In this document: positions 9,282 to 19,130 of the stretch, one piece after another
How the letters are laid out: every line of letters begins with the position of its first letter
How positions within the stretch are numbered: the first letter of the stretch is position 1
Assembly: GCA_965249955.1 (NCBI GenBank)
Contig: OZ252261.1
Location: forward strand, 1,823,971 to 1,887,970
Source: Bacteroidia bacterium
Lineage (GTDB): Bacteria > Bacteroidota > Bacteroidia > UBA8524
Direction: 5' to 3'
Length of the DNA stretch: 64,000 nucleotides
Position numbers and translations under genes: made by a program
Notes under the pieces: generated by a model
What the model was told of the DNA's origin: nothing
Databases searched by the model: none
What the model saw: only the letters and a program-made list of their open reading frames with translations

Positions 9282-9977
9282 ATGAAATTTGGTGTAATAA
9301 TTTTTCCCGGTTCAAACTGCGATCAAGACCTTGTAGAGGTGTTACAAAAAGTAACTGGACAGCAAGTTGTAGAGCTTTGGCACAAAGATACAGACTTACA
9401 AAACTGCGATATGGTGTTTTTGCCGGGAGGGTTTTCTTATGGCGACTACCTACGTAGCGGGGCAATAGCCAAACTTTCACCCATAATGAATAGCGTGATA
9501 GAGTTTGCCAATAACGGGGGCTATGTAATGGGCATTTGCAATGGGTTTCAGATACTTTGTGAAAGTGGCCTTTTACCCGGCGCACTATTGCACAATAACA
9601 ACCGCAAATACATTTGCAAAAACGTATATATAAAACCACAAGGCGAAACTATACTTACCCAAGGGCTTGATAAAGAAAAAGCGCTTAAAATACCAATTGC
9701 ACACGGCGAAGGTCGTTTTTATGCCGATGATGAAACTTTAGCAGAAATGCAGCAAAACGGGCAGATACTATTTACCTATTGCGATGAAAACGGCAACGAA
9801 ACCGAAGGCTCTAATCCCAACGGTGCAGTACTAAACATTGCAGGCATAACCAATAAAACTAAAAATGTATTTGGTATGATGCCCCACCCCGAAAGGGCTG
9901 CCGACGGCGACTTATTCAATACCGATGGTATAGCACTATTTACCAACCTGCTAAAAATTTCAGCAGCTACAGTATAG
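9282..9977 (+). CDS. purQ: Phosphoribosylformylglycinamidine synthase I (glutaminase subunit PurQ).
   Basis: MKFGVIIFPGSNCDQD N-terminus. The catalytic Cys lies in GICNGFQIL. HPE near the C-terminus (MMPHPER). Class-I glutamine amidotransferase of the PurQ type, 231 aa. Confidence 0.85.
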   Translation: MKFGVIIFPGSNCDQDLVEVLQKVTGQQVVELWHKDTDLQNCDMVFLPGGFSYGDYLRSGAIAKLSPIMNSVIEFANNGGYVMGICNGFQILCESGLLPGALLHNNNRKYICKNVYIKPQGETILTQGLDKEKALKIPIAHGEGRFYADDETLAEMQQNGQILFTYCDENGNETEGSNPNGAVLNIAGITNKTKNVFGMMPHPERAADGDLFNTDGIALFTNLLKISAATV

Positions 9978-10025
9978 CAGCTACCACAAAATTTTATTTA
10001 CTTTGGGCTTTAACACCTACCACCC

Positions 10026-10622
10026 ATGATAGCGTTTATAAAAGGAAGGGTAGCGTTTATTAGCCCCACACAAATAGTTATAGAAACAGCGGGCGGTATT
10101 GGCTACGAAATCCAAATATCACTTTATACTTTCGAAAAGATAAAGGATAAAGAAAATATTAGCATCTACACCCATCTTTCGATAAAAGAAGATAGCCATA
10201 CGCTATTTGGTTTTAATGGCGAAGAAGAGCGGTCGTTGTTCAGAAACTTGATATCTGTAAATGGAGTTGGCCCATCAACAGCTCGTATGATTCTTTCGTC
10301 TTTAACACCAACCGACTTAAACCATGCAATATTATCGGGAGACATAACGTTACTAAAAGCGGTTAAGGGCATAGGCCCAAAAACAGCCCAGCGTTTAGTA
10401 CTAGAGTTGCAAGATAAAGTGAAAAAAGATGGTGCAGGCACAACTGAGCTATCAGTGCGGGGTGATAAAAGTATGGCTGCACGGCAAGAAGCCATTAGCG
10501 CACTGCTAATGCTAGGCTTTAATCGCGCAGCGATAGAAAAAACAGTTAAAAAAGTAATAGATACATCAAAAGAAGATATGGCAGTAGAAGAAATTATTAA
10601 AATTGCGTTAAAAACATTATAG
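10026..10622 (+). CDS. ruvA: Holliday junction DNA helicase subunit RuvA.
   Basis: MIAFIKGRV...IETAGGIGYEI. Two HhH motifs (LISVNGVGPSTARMIL, LKAVKGIGPKTAQRLVLEL). C-terminal domain III. 198 aa. Confidence 0.9.
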   Translation: MIAFIKGRVAFISPTQIVIETAGGIGYEIQISLYTFEKIKDKENISIYTHLSIKEDSHTLFGFNGEEERSLFRNLISVNGVGPSTARMILSSLTPTDLNHAILSGDITLLKAVKGIGPKTAQRLVLELQDKVKKDGAGTTELSVRGDKSMAARQEAISALLMLGFNRAAIEKTVKKVIDTSKEDMAVEEIIKIALKTL

Positions 10623-10714
10623 TTGTAACCTCATAAAAAATAGCTTATCGGGAAATATTTACTCTTTAGAAATAAAAGACCAATTAACTAAGACTGAAGT
10701 AAGAAACTATTTTA

Positions 10715-13700
10715 ATGGGTTCACCAAAAAACGTTGTGTTATTTGTGGTGATGGGAGTTTTGTTTTCCATCCTAGCTCTATCCGTATCGGGTTCGGGCAA
10801 TGCTACCCCACACTATAAGCACTATACAGAAGCATCAAAAACTATTTCGGCAATAGATACGCCCGAAACAGATACTACTAAGTTAAAGTATCCTATTGAG
10901 GATACAGAAAACTTTAAAGACAAAAAGAAAAATCCCCTCGATCTTCAAGATCCTGATAATATTAAAAAAGAGGTGGTATACGATAGCGCCACCGGAAACT
11001 ATATTGAAAAACAAACCGTAGGAGGTAACGACTACAGGCTGCCACAAACCAAAACTATGGAAGAGTATTTGGAAGAAAGGCGCCAAAAAGAAAACCAAAG
11101 CTATTTTAGGCAACGCTCAAAAGCACAAAACTTTGTAAAAGGAAACAGCATAATACCCAAACTAAATCTTGGCCCTAAAGTATTAGATAAATTTTTTGGA
11201 AGTGGTTTAGTCGATTTACGCCCACAAGGTTCAGCCGAGTTAATTTTTGGGTGGAATTTTAACGTAGTTCGTAACCCCGCCTTCACCGTGAGGCAACAAC
11301 GCAACGGCCAGTTCGATTTCCGTCAGAAAATACAATTTAACCTTACAGGCTCTATTGGCGATAGGTTTAAAACTACATGGAGGTACGATACCGAAGCCAC
11401 CTTTGATTTTGACAATCAGATAAACCTAAACTGGCAAGGTAAAGAAGACGATATAATAAAAAACGTACAGTTGGGTAATGTTAGCTTGCCACTAAACAGC
11501 AGCCTTATACAAGGTGGGCAAAGCCTTTTTGGTGCATTGCTGCAAATGCAATTTGGCCGATTGATGGTTACCACCATATTTACCCAACAGCGTGGGCAAA
11601 CTACTGAAACCGAAGTAACAGGCGGTGCACAAGTAACCCAATTTGATATACAGGCCGATAACTACGATGTAAACCGTCACTACTTCCTTAGCCATTATTT
11701 TGCCGATAATTACGATCAGTGGTGCAGCACATCACCCTTTGTTAGTTCGCCCGTGCTTATTACCAACGTACAAGTTTGGGTAACCAACCGCACAGGTATA
11801 TTTGATAACACCCGCGATGTTTTGGCATTTATGGATATGGGTGAGCGCGACCCATTTAACAATGCTTGGAATATTCCCTCAGGCCCTGTAAACCCTGATA
11901 ATAGTTCAAACGCATTATACAACACCTTTCAGTTTGATGATTTGGCTCGCCAATCAAACGAGGCAGTGAAGCACTTACGCCAAGATAAAGGTTTAGACCC
12001 GATTCAAGATTTTCAACTACTTAATAACGCACGTCAGCTTAATACCAACGAGTATACTGTAAACCCGCGTTTAGGTTATATATCGCTAAATCAAGCACTA
12101 AACAACGACGAGATTTTAGCGGTAGCCTTTGAGTATACCCTAAACGGAAAAAGCTATAAAGTGGGCGAGTTTGCCCGTGAGGTTTCATCACCCGACCCTA
12201 ACAAACCCAATGCCTTGATGCTGAAAATGCTAAAAGGAACAACAATAACTACCAATTTGCCTATTTGGGATTTGATGATGAAAAACATCTATTCACTAGG
12301 CTCATTCAGTGTACAAAAAGAACAGTTTAAGCTAAATGTAATATATGCAGATGACCCATCAAATGCTGATTTGAATTATATTCCGGCTAAAAACGAACCC
12401 AATTTTATAGGCGTTCCATTAGTACAAGTATTAAATCTTGATAAAGTAAACACCCAAGGAGAACCAACCCCCGACGGTGTTTTTGATTTTATAGAAGGGC
12501 TTACCATAAACACATCAAACGGGCGTGTAATATTTCCCGTTCGTGAACCTTTTGGCGATTTTTTGCGAAGCAAGTTTCAGGATCCTGCAAATGCAGAATA
12601 TTATGCCTACGATGCTCTTTACGATTCTACCAAATGGCTGGCACAACAAGAAGTGCTAAAAAACAAATTCTTTTTACGGGGAAGTTACCAAGGCTCGTCA
12701 AATTCCGAAATTTCACTTAACGCCATAAACGTTCCGCAGGGTTCGGTGCGCGTTACCGCCAACGGTACTTTACTTACCGAAGGCACAGATTATATAGTTG
12801 ATTATACTATTGGGCGTGTAAAAATATTAAACACAGGTATACTCAATTCGGGCGCGGTAATAAAAGTATCGTCAGAAAACAACAACCTGTTTAGTATACA
12901 GCAAAAAACCCTTATGGGTGCTCGTTTTGATTATAAAGTAGACAAAGACTTTATAATAGGCGGTACAGTAATGCACTTGTATGAGCGACCCATTACCCCA
13001 AAAGTAAATATTGGCGAAGAACCTTTGCTAAATACCGTTGTAGGTATTGATGGTAGCATACGCCGTGAGTCGAGAGCATTAACACGTTGGATAGACCGCC
13101 TACCATTTATTAGCACCAAAGAGCCTTCAAATTTTCAGTTTAGTTTTGAAGGAGCAAAACTGTTTCCCCACAACCCCAAAACGATTGGTCAACGAGGCAC
13201 CGCCTTTATAGATGATTTTGAAGCGAGTGAAACCCCTTTTGATTTGCGCTTAGGAGCACCTTGGTATTTGGCTAGTACACCCGAAGGTCAACCCGACCTT
13301 TTCCCTGAAACCCAAAACTCTACTGATGCGCTGGGTTTTGGCTATAAAAGAGCGTTACTTTCGTGGTACTCTCTTGACCCTATTTTCTTCCGCGACCAAC
13401 AAGGAAGTAATCCGCCAACACCGCCCAACTTGGCAGGTTCAAACAATGCCTCAAAACGTTCAAACCACTACACACGCGAGGTATTGCAAACAGAGGTTTT
13501 CCCAAATCGTCAACTACAACAAGGTGTGCCACAAAATATGCCCACTTTCGATTTGGCATACTACCCCTACAAACGTGGCCAATACAACTACACAGTTAAC
13601 GATATAAATGCTGATGGCGAAATGAAAGACCCTAAATCAAGCTGGGGTGGTATTATGCGCCGTATTGACCAAAACGATTTTGAAGCAGCAAATATTGATT

Positions 13701-16700
13701 ATGTAGAGATATGGATGATGGATCCGTTTTTACCCGGTCAGAACGGAACAATACAAGACGGTCAGTTCAACTCAAACAACCTTACAGGTGGTTCGTTATA
13801 CCTAAACTTAGGTTCGATATCAGAAGATGTATTGCGCGATACCCGTAAAAGTTACGAAAACGGTTTGCCAACCCCATCATCAACACAACAACTTATTGAT
13901 ACAACAGAGTGGGGTAGAGTACCCAATGTACCTACACTAAACAATGCGTTTGATGCCGACCCTGCTGCCCGCGATGCGCAAGACGTAGGTTTAGATGGTT
14001 TTAATGATAATGATGAGAGGGTACATTTTGCAAAGTACTTAGATGACCTTCGTACGCAATACGGAGCTACTTCGCAAGCCTATTTAAAAGCCGCCGAAGA
14101 CCCATCGGGAGATAATTACCAATTTCACAGTAGCAATAGTTTAAACAATCAAAACGCAACGGCACTTCAGCGTTACCAAAAAATAAATGGACAAGAGGGA
14201 AACTCGAAACTAGCCACTTTCCAACCCGATGGTTACCCCATTACCCGTACAAATTTGCCAGACGACGAGGATATTAACCGCGATTACAGCTTGAACATTA
14301 ACGAGCAATACTATCAGTATAAAATAGAGCTTAAACCCAACTCACTTGTAGTGGGGCAAAACTATGTTACCGATAGTGCCTCTGTTCCTGTAAAGTTAGA
14401 AAACGGAGATGTAGAAAATGTTACTTGGTATCAATTGCGTATACCCGTAAACTCTTGGAGCAAGAAAATAGGCGGTATTAGCGATTTTAAATCTATTCGT
14501 TTTGCGCGCTTATTTGTAAAAGATTTCGATCAGCCTGTTGTACTGCGTTTTGCACAAATGCAGTTGGTGCGAGCAGATTGGAGGAGATATACCAAACCTC
14601 TATCAGTTGGTGTACCGGGTGTACCGGGTTCGCCCAGTGATAATACTACTTTCTCGGTTTCAACCGTAAACATTGAGGAAAACTCTACCCGTGTTCCGGT
14701 AAACTATACCTTACCTCCGGGATTTTTCCGCGAGCAAGATGTAACTACCCCAAACAATGTGCAGCAAAACGAGCAATCGGTTTCAGTACGTTTTTGCAAC
14801 CTGCAAGAAGGCGATGCAAGGGGTATATTTAAAACCACACGTTTTGATATACGTAACTATAAGCGCTTGCGTATGTTTGTTCACGCAGAAGGCGAAAGCC
14901 AAGGCCTGCGCAATGGAGATGTAAAAGCCTTTATACGTTTAGGTACGGATTTAGAAAACAACTATTACGAGTACGAGTTACCCATGTTGGTTACTCCTGA
15001 TAGAAGTCGTGATGCACAGCAAGTATGGCCTACTGAAAACGAGATTAATATTGCCCTTGAAGAGTTTTATTTGGCCAAGCAATTGCGCCAAAATGCCAAT
15101 GCGCCACAAAACCAAGACTTTGTATACGATTTAGGTGGTGGGAAACGGATTACACTTAGAGGTGTGCCCGATTTGAGCAATGTGCGTGTAATAATGCTTG
15201 GCGTGCGCAACCCTGCTAAGTTTGATAGCCCTGCCGGAGATGATGGATTAGCAAAATGTGGTGAGGTTTGGTTTAACGAGTTACGCGTAGTAGAATTTAA
15301 CAACCAAGGTGGTGAAGCTGCTACGGCAAGGTTAGTAACCAAGTTGGCCGATTTAGGAACATTTACCGTATCGGGTAATTACCAATCTATTGGTTGGGGG
15401 GGTATTGATAAAAAACTAAACGATCGTAATCTAAACGAGATAATGCTGTACGATATGCAAACCTCGTTAGAGTTGGGTAAATTTTTTCCTGCCAAATGGG
15501 GCATAACCGTCCCCTTCTTTATGCAACGTGGCGAGCAGTTTATACGCCCCAAGTACAATCCGCTAAACCCTGATATTTTGCTTGAAACTACTGTGAAAGC
15601 AGCCCAAAACGAGCAAGAGAAACAAGAAATTTTAAACGCAGCAGAAGACTATACCGCACGAAGGAGCTTTAACTTTACCAACGTACGCAAAAACCGAATG
15701 GGTGGGGGTAAGCCTCAACTTTGGGATATTGAGAATTTTAACTTCACTTTCTCGTTTCAAGAAGTATTTAGGCGAAACCAGCAAATTGCTGCCAGTTTGC
15801 AGCGCACATGGCGCGGAAGCGGTGGGTATACTTTTGCCACAGGTGCAAAAAATATAGAGCCGTTTAAAAAGATAATTAAGCCTAAAAAATGGTTGGCTTT
15901 AGTACGTGATTTTAACTTTACACCCTATCCTCAAAGCTTCTCAGTTAGGGCTGATGCCGATAGGTATTACTCTCGCACAATAAACCGAAACAACGACGAC
16001 CCTAATACTATTGTACCCATACTGTACGATAAAAACTTTACCATGAATAGGGTGTACGATATGCGTTGGGATTTAACCAAAAGTCTTAAAGTTGACTACC
16101 AAGCAACCACCAATGCCCGTATTGACGAACCTGCAGGGCGCATTGATAAAAACGAAAACGCCAACAAGGTAGATACTATACAAAACAACTTTATTAATTT
16201 GGGGCGTACCACCAACTATACCCAAATAACCAACGTAAACTATACCCTGCCACTAAACAAAATACCTGTTTTAGATTGGGTAACAGCAAGCACACGCTAT
16301 ACTGCCAACTACGGTTGGGTTACTGCGCCACCGGCAATAAAAAGCCTAGGAAATACCATACAAAACTCACAAAACTATTCGTATACAGGGCAGTTTAATA
16401 TGATAAACTTGTACAACAAGATACCTGCCTTGCGACGTATCAATCAGAACAAGAGCAATCAGCCGCAGCCAAAACAAGAAGAAGAGGAGGAGGAAGACGA
16501 TGGCAAAGGCGGTAAAAGGAAGAAAAAGAAAAAAACCGAATCGCCACTAAAAGGTTTTGGTACTACGTTGGCAAAAACCTTGATGATGCTTAAAAACGCA
16601 TCTTTTACCACTACATCAACCAAAGGAACAACATTACCGGGCTTTAAGCATACGCCATTGTATTTGGGTAACGATGCTGAACGTAATGCTCCTGGGTGGG

Positions 16701-17908
16701 ATTTTGTATTTGGTAGTCAAGACCCTGCTGTGCGTTACCGATTGGCATCAGAAGGTTTTTTAAGTAACGATACCCTTCAAAACACTTACTTTACACAAAC
16801 CAGCCGAAAAGACTTTTCTGCCAGTGCTACACTTGAACCTTTTAAAGATTTTAGGGTAGAACTTAGGTTTGCACGAAATCAAACCGAAAACTTACAGAGT
16901 GTATTTAGGTACGATGAGGCACTAAAAGGCTATACCGATTTTGGTTTCCAACAAACGGGTAGTTTCCAAATTGGTGTTTCTACATTGCGCACAGCGTTGG
17001 AGAAAAAAGCCACCAATACCAGTTCAAAATCATTCGACCAGTTTTTAAACAATCGTTTTGTAATAGCACAGCGATATGCCGCAGAAGACCCTCGCTCGGT
17101 AGGTGCCACTCAAAGTGGTTTCCCTAAAGGCTATACCAACAAAAATCAAGATGTATTAATATCTTCATTCGTGTCGGCATACACGGGCAAAAATGCACAA
17201 GACCAAAAACTGGACTTATTCCCTAAAATCCCATTCCCTTCAATTCGTATCAATTACAACGGGTTAAGCCGTATGAAGGCGATTAAAAAATACGCTAGCA
17301 GCGTAACCCTATCATCGTTTTATAGCTCTACATACAATATACCGCAGTATATGACTATTTTGAGCCGTAACGACACTGCTGTAAGTAGCTTGGATAGTAA
17401 CTTCTTCCCTCAATACGAGATACGCTCAGTAACCATACAAGAAAGCTTTAATCCATTGATTAGGATAGATATTACCTTCCTTAATAATATTACTACCAAT
17501 GTAGAGTATAAATCGTCGCGCAATATATCGTTATCGCTATTCAACTTTATGATGGTTGAGACGCGCAATACCGAATTTGTAATTGGTTTTGGCTATCGTG
17601 CCAAAGAAATATACCTTCCGTTTAAAGTTCGCGGGCGTAAACCCTACCTGAAAAACGACTTGAATGTACGTTTCGATTTCTCTATTCGTGATGTAGTAAC
17701 TATAACCCGCAACGTACAAACTTTACAAACTATACCCACGCAAGGGCAGCGTATTTTATCTATAAAACCACAAATAGATTATATGCTGAACGAAAAACTA
17801 AACCTACGTTTCTATTACGATAGAAGAGTAACCAAACCCGCAACATCAAATGCTTTCCCTACGGCAATTACGCAAGGGGGTATATCGTTGCGTTACACAC
17901 TACAATAA
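10715..17908 (+). CDS. sprA: Type IX secretion system translocon / gliding motility protein SprA (Sov family).
   Basis: Single 2397-aa ORF with N-terminal signal peptide, very high Asn/Thr/Tyr beta-rich composition, and a C-terminal beta-barrel ending ...GGISLRYTLQ. Size and composition match Flavobacterium SprA / Porphyromonas Sov. Confidence 0.85.
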   Translation: MGSPKNVVLFVVMGVLFSILALSVSGSGNATPHYKHYTEASKTISAIDTPETDTTKLKYPIEDTENFKDKKKNPLDLQDPDNIKKEVVYDSATGNYIEKQTVGGNDYRLPQTKTMEEYLEERRQKENQSYFRQRSKAQNFVKGNSIIPKLNLGPKVLDKFFGSGLVDLRPQGSAELIFGWNFNVVRNPAFTVRQQRNGQFDFRQKIQFNLTGSIGDRFKTTWRYDTEATFDFDNQINLNWQGKEDDIIKNVQLGNVSLPLNSSLIQGGQSLFGALLQMQFGRLMVTTIFTQQRGQTTETEVTGGAQVTQFDIQADNYDVNRHYFLSHYFADNYDQWCSTSPFVSSPVLITNVQVWVTNRTGIFDNTRDVLAFMDMGERDPFNNAWNIPSGPVNPDNSSNALYNTFQFDDLARQSNEAVKHLRQDKGLDPIQDFQLLNNARQLNTNEYTVNPRLGYISLNQALNNDEILAVAFEYTLNGKSYKVGEFAREVSSPDPNKPNALMLKMLKGTTITTNLPIWDLMMKNIYSLGSFSVQKEQFKLNVIYADDPSNADLNYIPAKNEPNFIGVPLVQVLNLDKVNTQGEPTPDGVFDFIEGLTINTSNGRVIFPVREPFGDFLRSKFQDPANAEYYAYDALYDSTKWLAQQEVLKNKFFLRGSYQGSSNSEISLNAINVPQGSVRVTANGTLLTEGTDYIVDYTIGRVKILNTGILNSGAVIKVSSENNNLFSIQQKTLMGARFDYKVDKDFIIGGTVMHLYERPITPKVNIGEEPLLNTVVGIDGSIRRESRALTRWIDRLPFISTKEPSNFQFSFEGAKLFPHNPKTIGQRGTAFIDDFEASETPFDLRLGAPWYLASTPEGQPDLFPETQNSTDALGFGYKRALLSWYSLDPIFFRDQQGSNPPTPPNLAGSNNASKRSNHYTREVLQTEVFPNRQLQQGVPQNMPTFDLAYYPYKRGQYNYTVNDINADGEMKDPKSSWGGIMRRIDQNDFEAANIDYVEIWMMDPFLPGQNGTIQDGQFNSNNLTGGSLYLNLGSISEDVLRDTRKSYENGLPTPSSTQQLIDTTEWGRVPNVPTLNNAFDADPAARDAQDVGLDGFNDNDERVHFAKYLDDLRTQYGATSQAYLKAAEDPSGDNYQFHSSNSLNNQNATALQRYQKINGQEGNSKLATFQPDGYPITRTNLPDDEDINRDYSLNINEQYYQYKIELKPNSLVVGQNYVTDSASVPVKLENGDVENVTWYQLRIPVNSWSKKIGGISDFKSIRFARLFVKDFDQPVVLRFAQMQLVRADWRRYTKPLSVGVPGVPGSPSDNTTFSVSTVNIEENSTRVPVNYTLPPGFFREQDVTTPNNVQQNEQSVSVRFCNLQEGDARGIFKTTRFDIRNYKRLRMFVHAEGESQGLRNGDVKAFIRLGTDLENNYYEYELPMLVTPDRSRDAQQVWPTENEINIALEEFYLAKQLRQNANAPQNQDFVYDLGGGKRITLRGVPDLSNVRVIMLGVRNPAKFDSPAGDDGLAKCGEVWFNELRVVEFNNQGGEAATARLVTKLADLGTFTVSGNYQSIGWGGIDKKLNDRNLNEIMLYDMQTSLELGKFFPAKWGITVPFFMQRGEQFIRPKYNPLNPDILLETTVKAAQNEQEKQEILNAAEDYTARRSFNFTNVRKNRMGGGKPQLWDIENFNFTFSFQEVFRRNQQIAASLQRTWRGSGGYTFATGAKNIEPFKKIIKPKKWLALVRDFNFTPYPQSFSVRADADRYYSRTINRNNDDPNTIVPILYDKNFTMNRVYDMRWDLTKSLKVDYQATTNARIDEPAGRIDKNENANKVDTIQNNFINLGRTTNYTQITNVNYTLPLNKIPVLDWVTASTRYTANYGWVTAPPAIKSLGNTIQNSQNYSYTGQFNMINLYNKIPALRRINQNKSNQPQPKQEEEEEEDDGKGGKRKKKKKTESPLKGFGTTLAKTLMMLKNASFTTTSTKGTTLPGFKHTPLYLGNDAERNAPGWDFVFGSQDPAVRYRLASEGFLSNDTLQNTYFTQTSRKDFSASATLEPFKDFRVELRFARNQTENLQSVFRYDEALKGYTDFGFQQTGSFQIGVSTLRTALEKKATNTSSKSFDQFLNNRFVIAQRYAAEDPRSVGATQSGFPKGYTNKNQDVLISSFVSAYTGKNAQDQKLDLFPKIPFPSIRINYNGLSRMKAIKKYASSVTLSSFYSSTYNIPQYMTILSRNDTAVSSLDSNFFPQYEIRSVTIQESFNPLIRIDITFLNNITTNVEYKSSRNISLSLFNFMMVETRNTEFVIGFGYRAKEIYLPFKVRGRKPYLKNDLNVRFDFSIRDVVTITRNVQTLQTIPTQGQRILSIKPQIDYMLNEKLNLRFYYDRRVTKPATSNAFPTAITQGGISLRYTLQ

Positions 17909-17931
17909 AACCAAGTGAATTTCTTTTATAG

Positions 17932-17962
17932 GGGTGGCTTTGCAAAAAGCTACCCTTTTTTA
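17932..17962 (+). terminator. Rho-independent terminator after sprA.
   Basis: GGGTGGCTTT-gcaa-AAAGCTACCC: a 10-bp stem with one G-U pair, followed by TTTTTTATT. Confidence 0.5.
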
Positions 17963-18233
17963 TTGCCTTAGGCTAAAGGATTTTAAATCCTCACTTAACG
18001 TGAGTTTGGGGTAAGAAGATTACAGAAACGGCACATCAATTTTAATCACCCGTAGTATTTGCTTATCTGTGCACAAGCACTGGCATTATCTCCCTTGCGA
18101 ACTATCTTATGTTGACCGAAACAATAAGTGTATGCAAAGCGGGTAGAAGGATGAAAAAACAGCTAAAAAATATAGAATGATTTTTTTAGTTGAATAAAGG
18201 CCAAGCCATATCCATTCAATAAAAGCCTTAAAA

Positions 18234-18368
18234 CTATTGTTTATGGGGGGTGGGTTGTTTCTCCCAAGTGGGGCAGTTGCAGCCTTTTTTAAACAAGCCG
18301 CACGATGATGCAGAAGCCATAAAAACTACCAGTAAAAGCACTGCTGCTATTGTTCTTATTCGTTTCAT
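18234..18368 (-). CDS. Candidate 44-aa secreted or lipid-anchored peptide. Speculative.
   Basis: MKRIRTIAAVLLLVVFMASASSCGLFKKGCNCPTWEKQPTPHKQ: signal peptide plus lipobox-like ASSC, then a Cys-rich tail (C-x-C). It lies in a 570-bp intergenic region between sprA and dedA. Confidence 0.2.
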   Translation of the reverse strand: MKRIRTIAAVLLLVVFMASASSCGLFKKGCNCPTWEKQPTPHKQ

Positions 18369-18481
18369 TGTATCCTGTTTTAACGCAAAAAACGCGCCTG
18401 TTTGCATAAGCAAACGGTAAAAATAATACTACTTGGGCAGGTTTGTGCTAAAATTGACGTAAAATTGCCCAAATTTTCACA

Positions 18482-19129
18482 ATGGATTACCTTAAAGACT
18501 TCCTCGATTTTTTCTTGCACCTTGATGATAAGCTGTTGCTAATGATACAAGAGTATGGCAACTGGGTGTACGCCATTTTGTTTGCTATAATTTTTGTAGA
18601 AACAGGGCTTATTATAATGCCTTTTCTTCCCGGTGATTCACTGCTATTTGCTGCAGGTGCTTTTGCCGCTGCAGGCGATTTAAACATAGTATACATTATA
18701 CTATTATTGTTTGTGGCTGCCGTTTTGGGTGATACCGTAAACTACTCGGTAGGAAAACAATTAGGCGTTAGGGCTACCAAAATAAAATTGTTTGGGCGTA
18801 ACCTAGTGAAACAAGAACACTTGGATAAAACCCATGCTTTTTTTGAAAAATATGGCCCCAAAGCCATTATAATAGCTCGTTTTGTACCCATAGTGCGCAC
18901 TTTTGCCCCTTTTGTGGCGGGCGTTGGCAGCATGACTTATGGAAAATTTATTACTTATAATGTTGTTGGAGGTGCTTTGTGGGTAGTTGGTGTTAGCATG
19001 GTAGGTTATATGTTTGGTCAAACTGCTTGGGTAAAAGAGAACTTTGAAATTGTGGTGTTTGGTATTATTTTTATATCAATAGTGCCCATAATTTTTGAGT
19101 TTATAAAACATCGTTTCTCAAAAAAATAA
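18482..19129 (+). CDS. DedA / VTT (SNARE-associated) family membrane protein.
   Basis: Typical DedA core (FVETGLIIMPFLPGDSLLFAAGAFAA..., IIARFVPIVRTFAPFVAGV). 215 aa, multiple TM segments. Confidence 0.85.
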   Translation: MDYLKDFLDFFLHLDDKLLLMIQEYGNWVYAILFAIIFVETGLIIMPFLPGDSLLFAAGAFAAAGDLNIVYIILLLFVAAVLGDTVNYSVGKQLGVRATKIKLFGRNLVKQEHLDKTHAFFEKYGPKAIIIARFVPIVRTFAPFVAGVGSMTYGKFITYNVVGGALWVVGVSMVGYMFGQTAWVKENFEIVVFGIIFISIVPIIFEFIKHRFSKK

Positions 19130-19130
19130 T

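Noticed and set aside
14609-14629. Tandem 9-bp duplication GGTGTACCG GGTGTACCG inside sprA, encoding VPGVPG.
   Set aside because: It is a trivial in-frame microduplication in a long beta-rich protein. There is no evidence of a phase-variable tract, since it has a unit length of 9 and only two copies.
10883-15342. Several 60-93-aa ORFs on both strands inside sprA (for example 11101-11304, 13326-13607, 15067-15342).
   Set aside because: They are embedded in, or antisense to, a 7.2-kb ORF with overwhelming coding signal. They are typical shadow ORFs.
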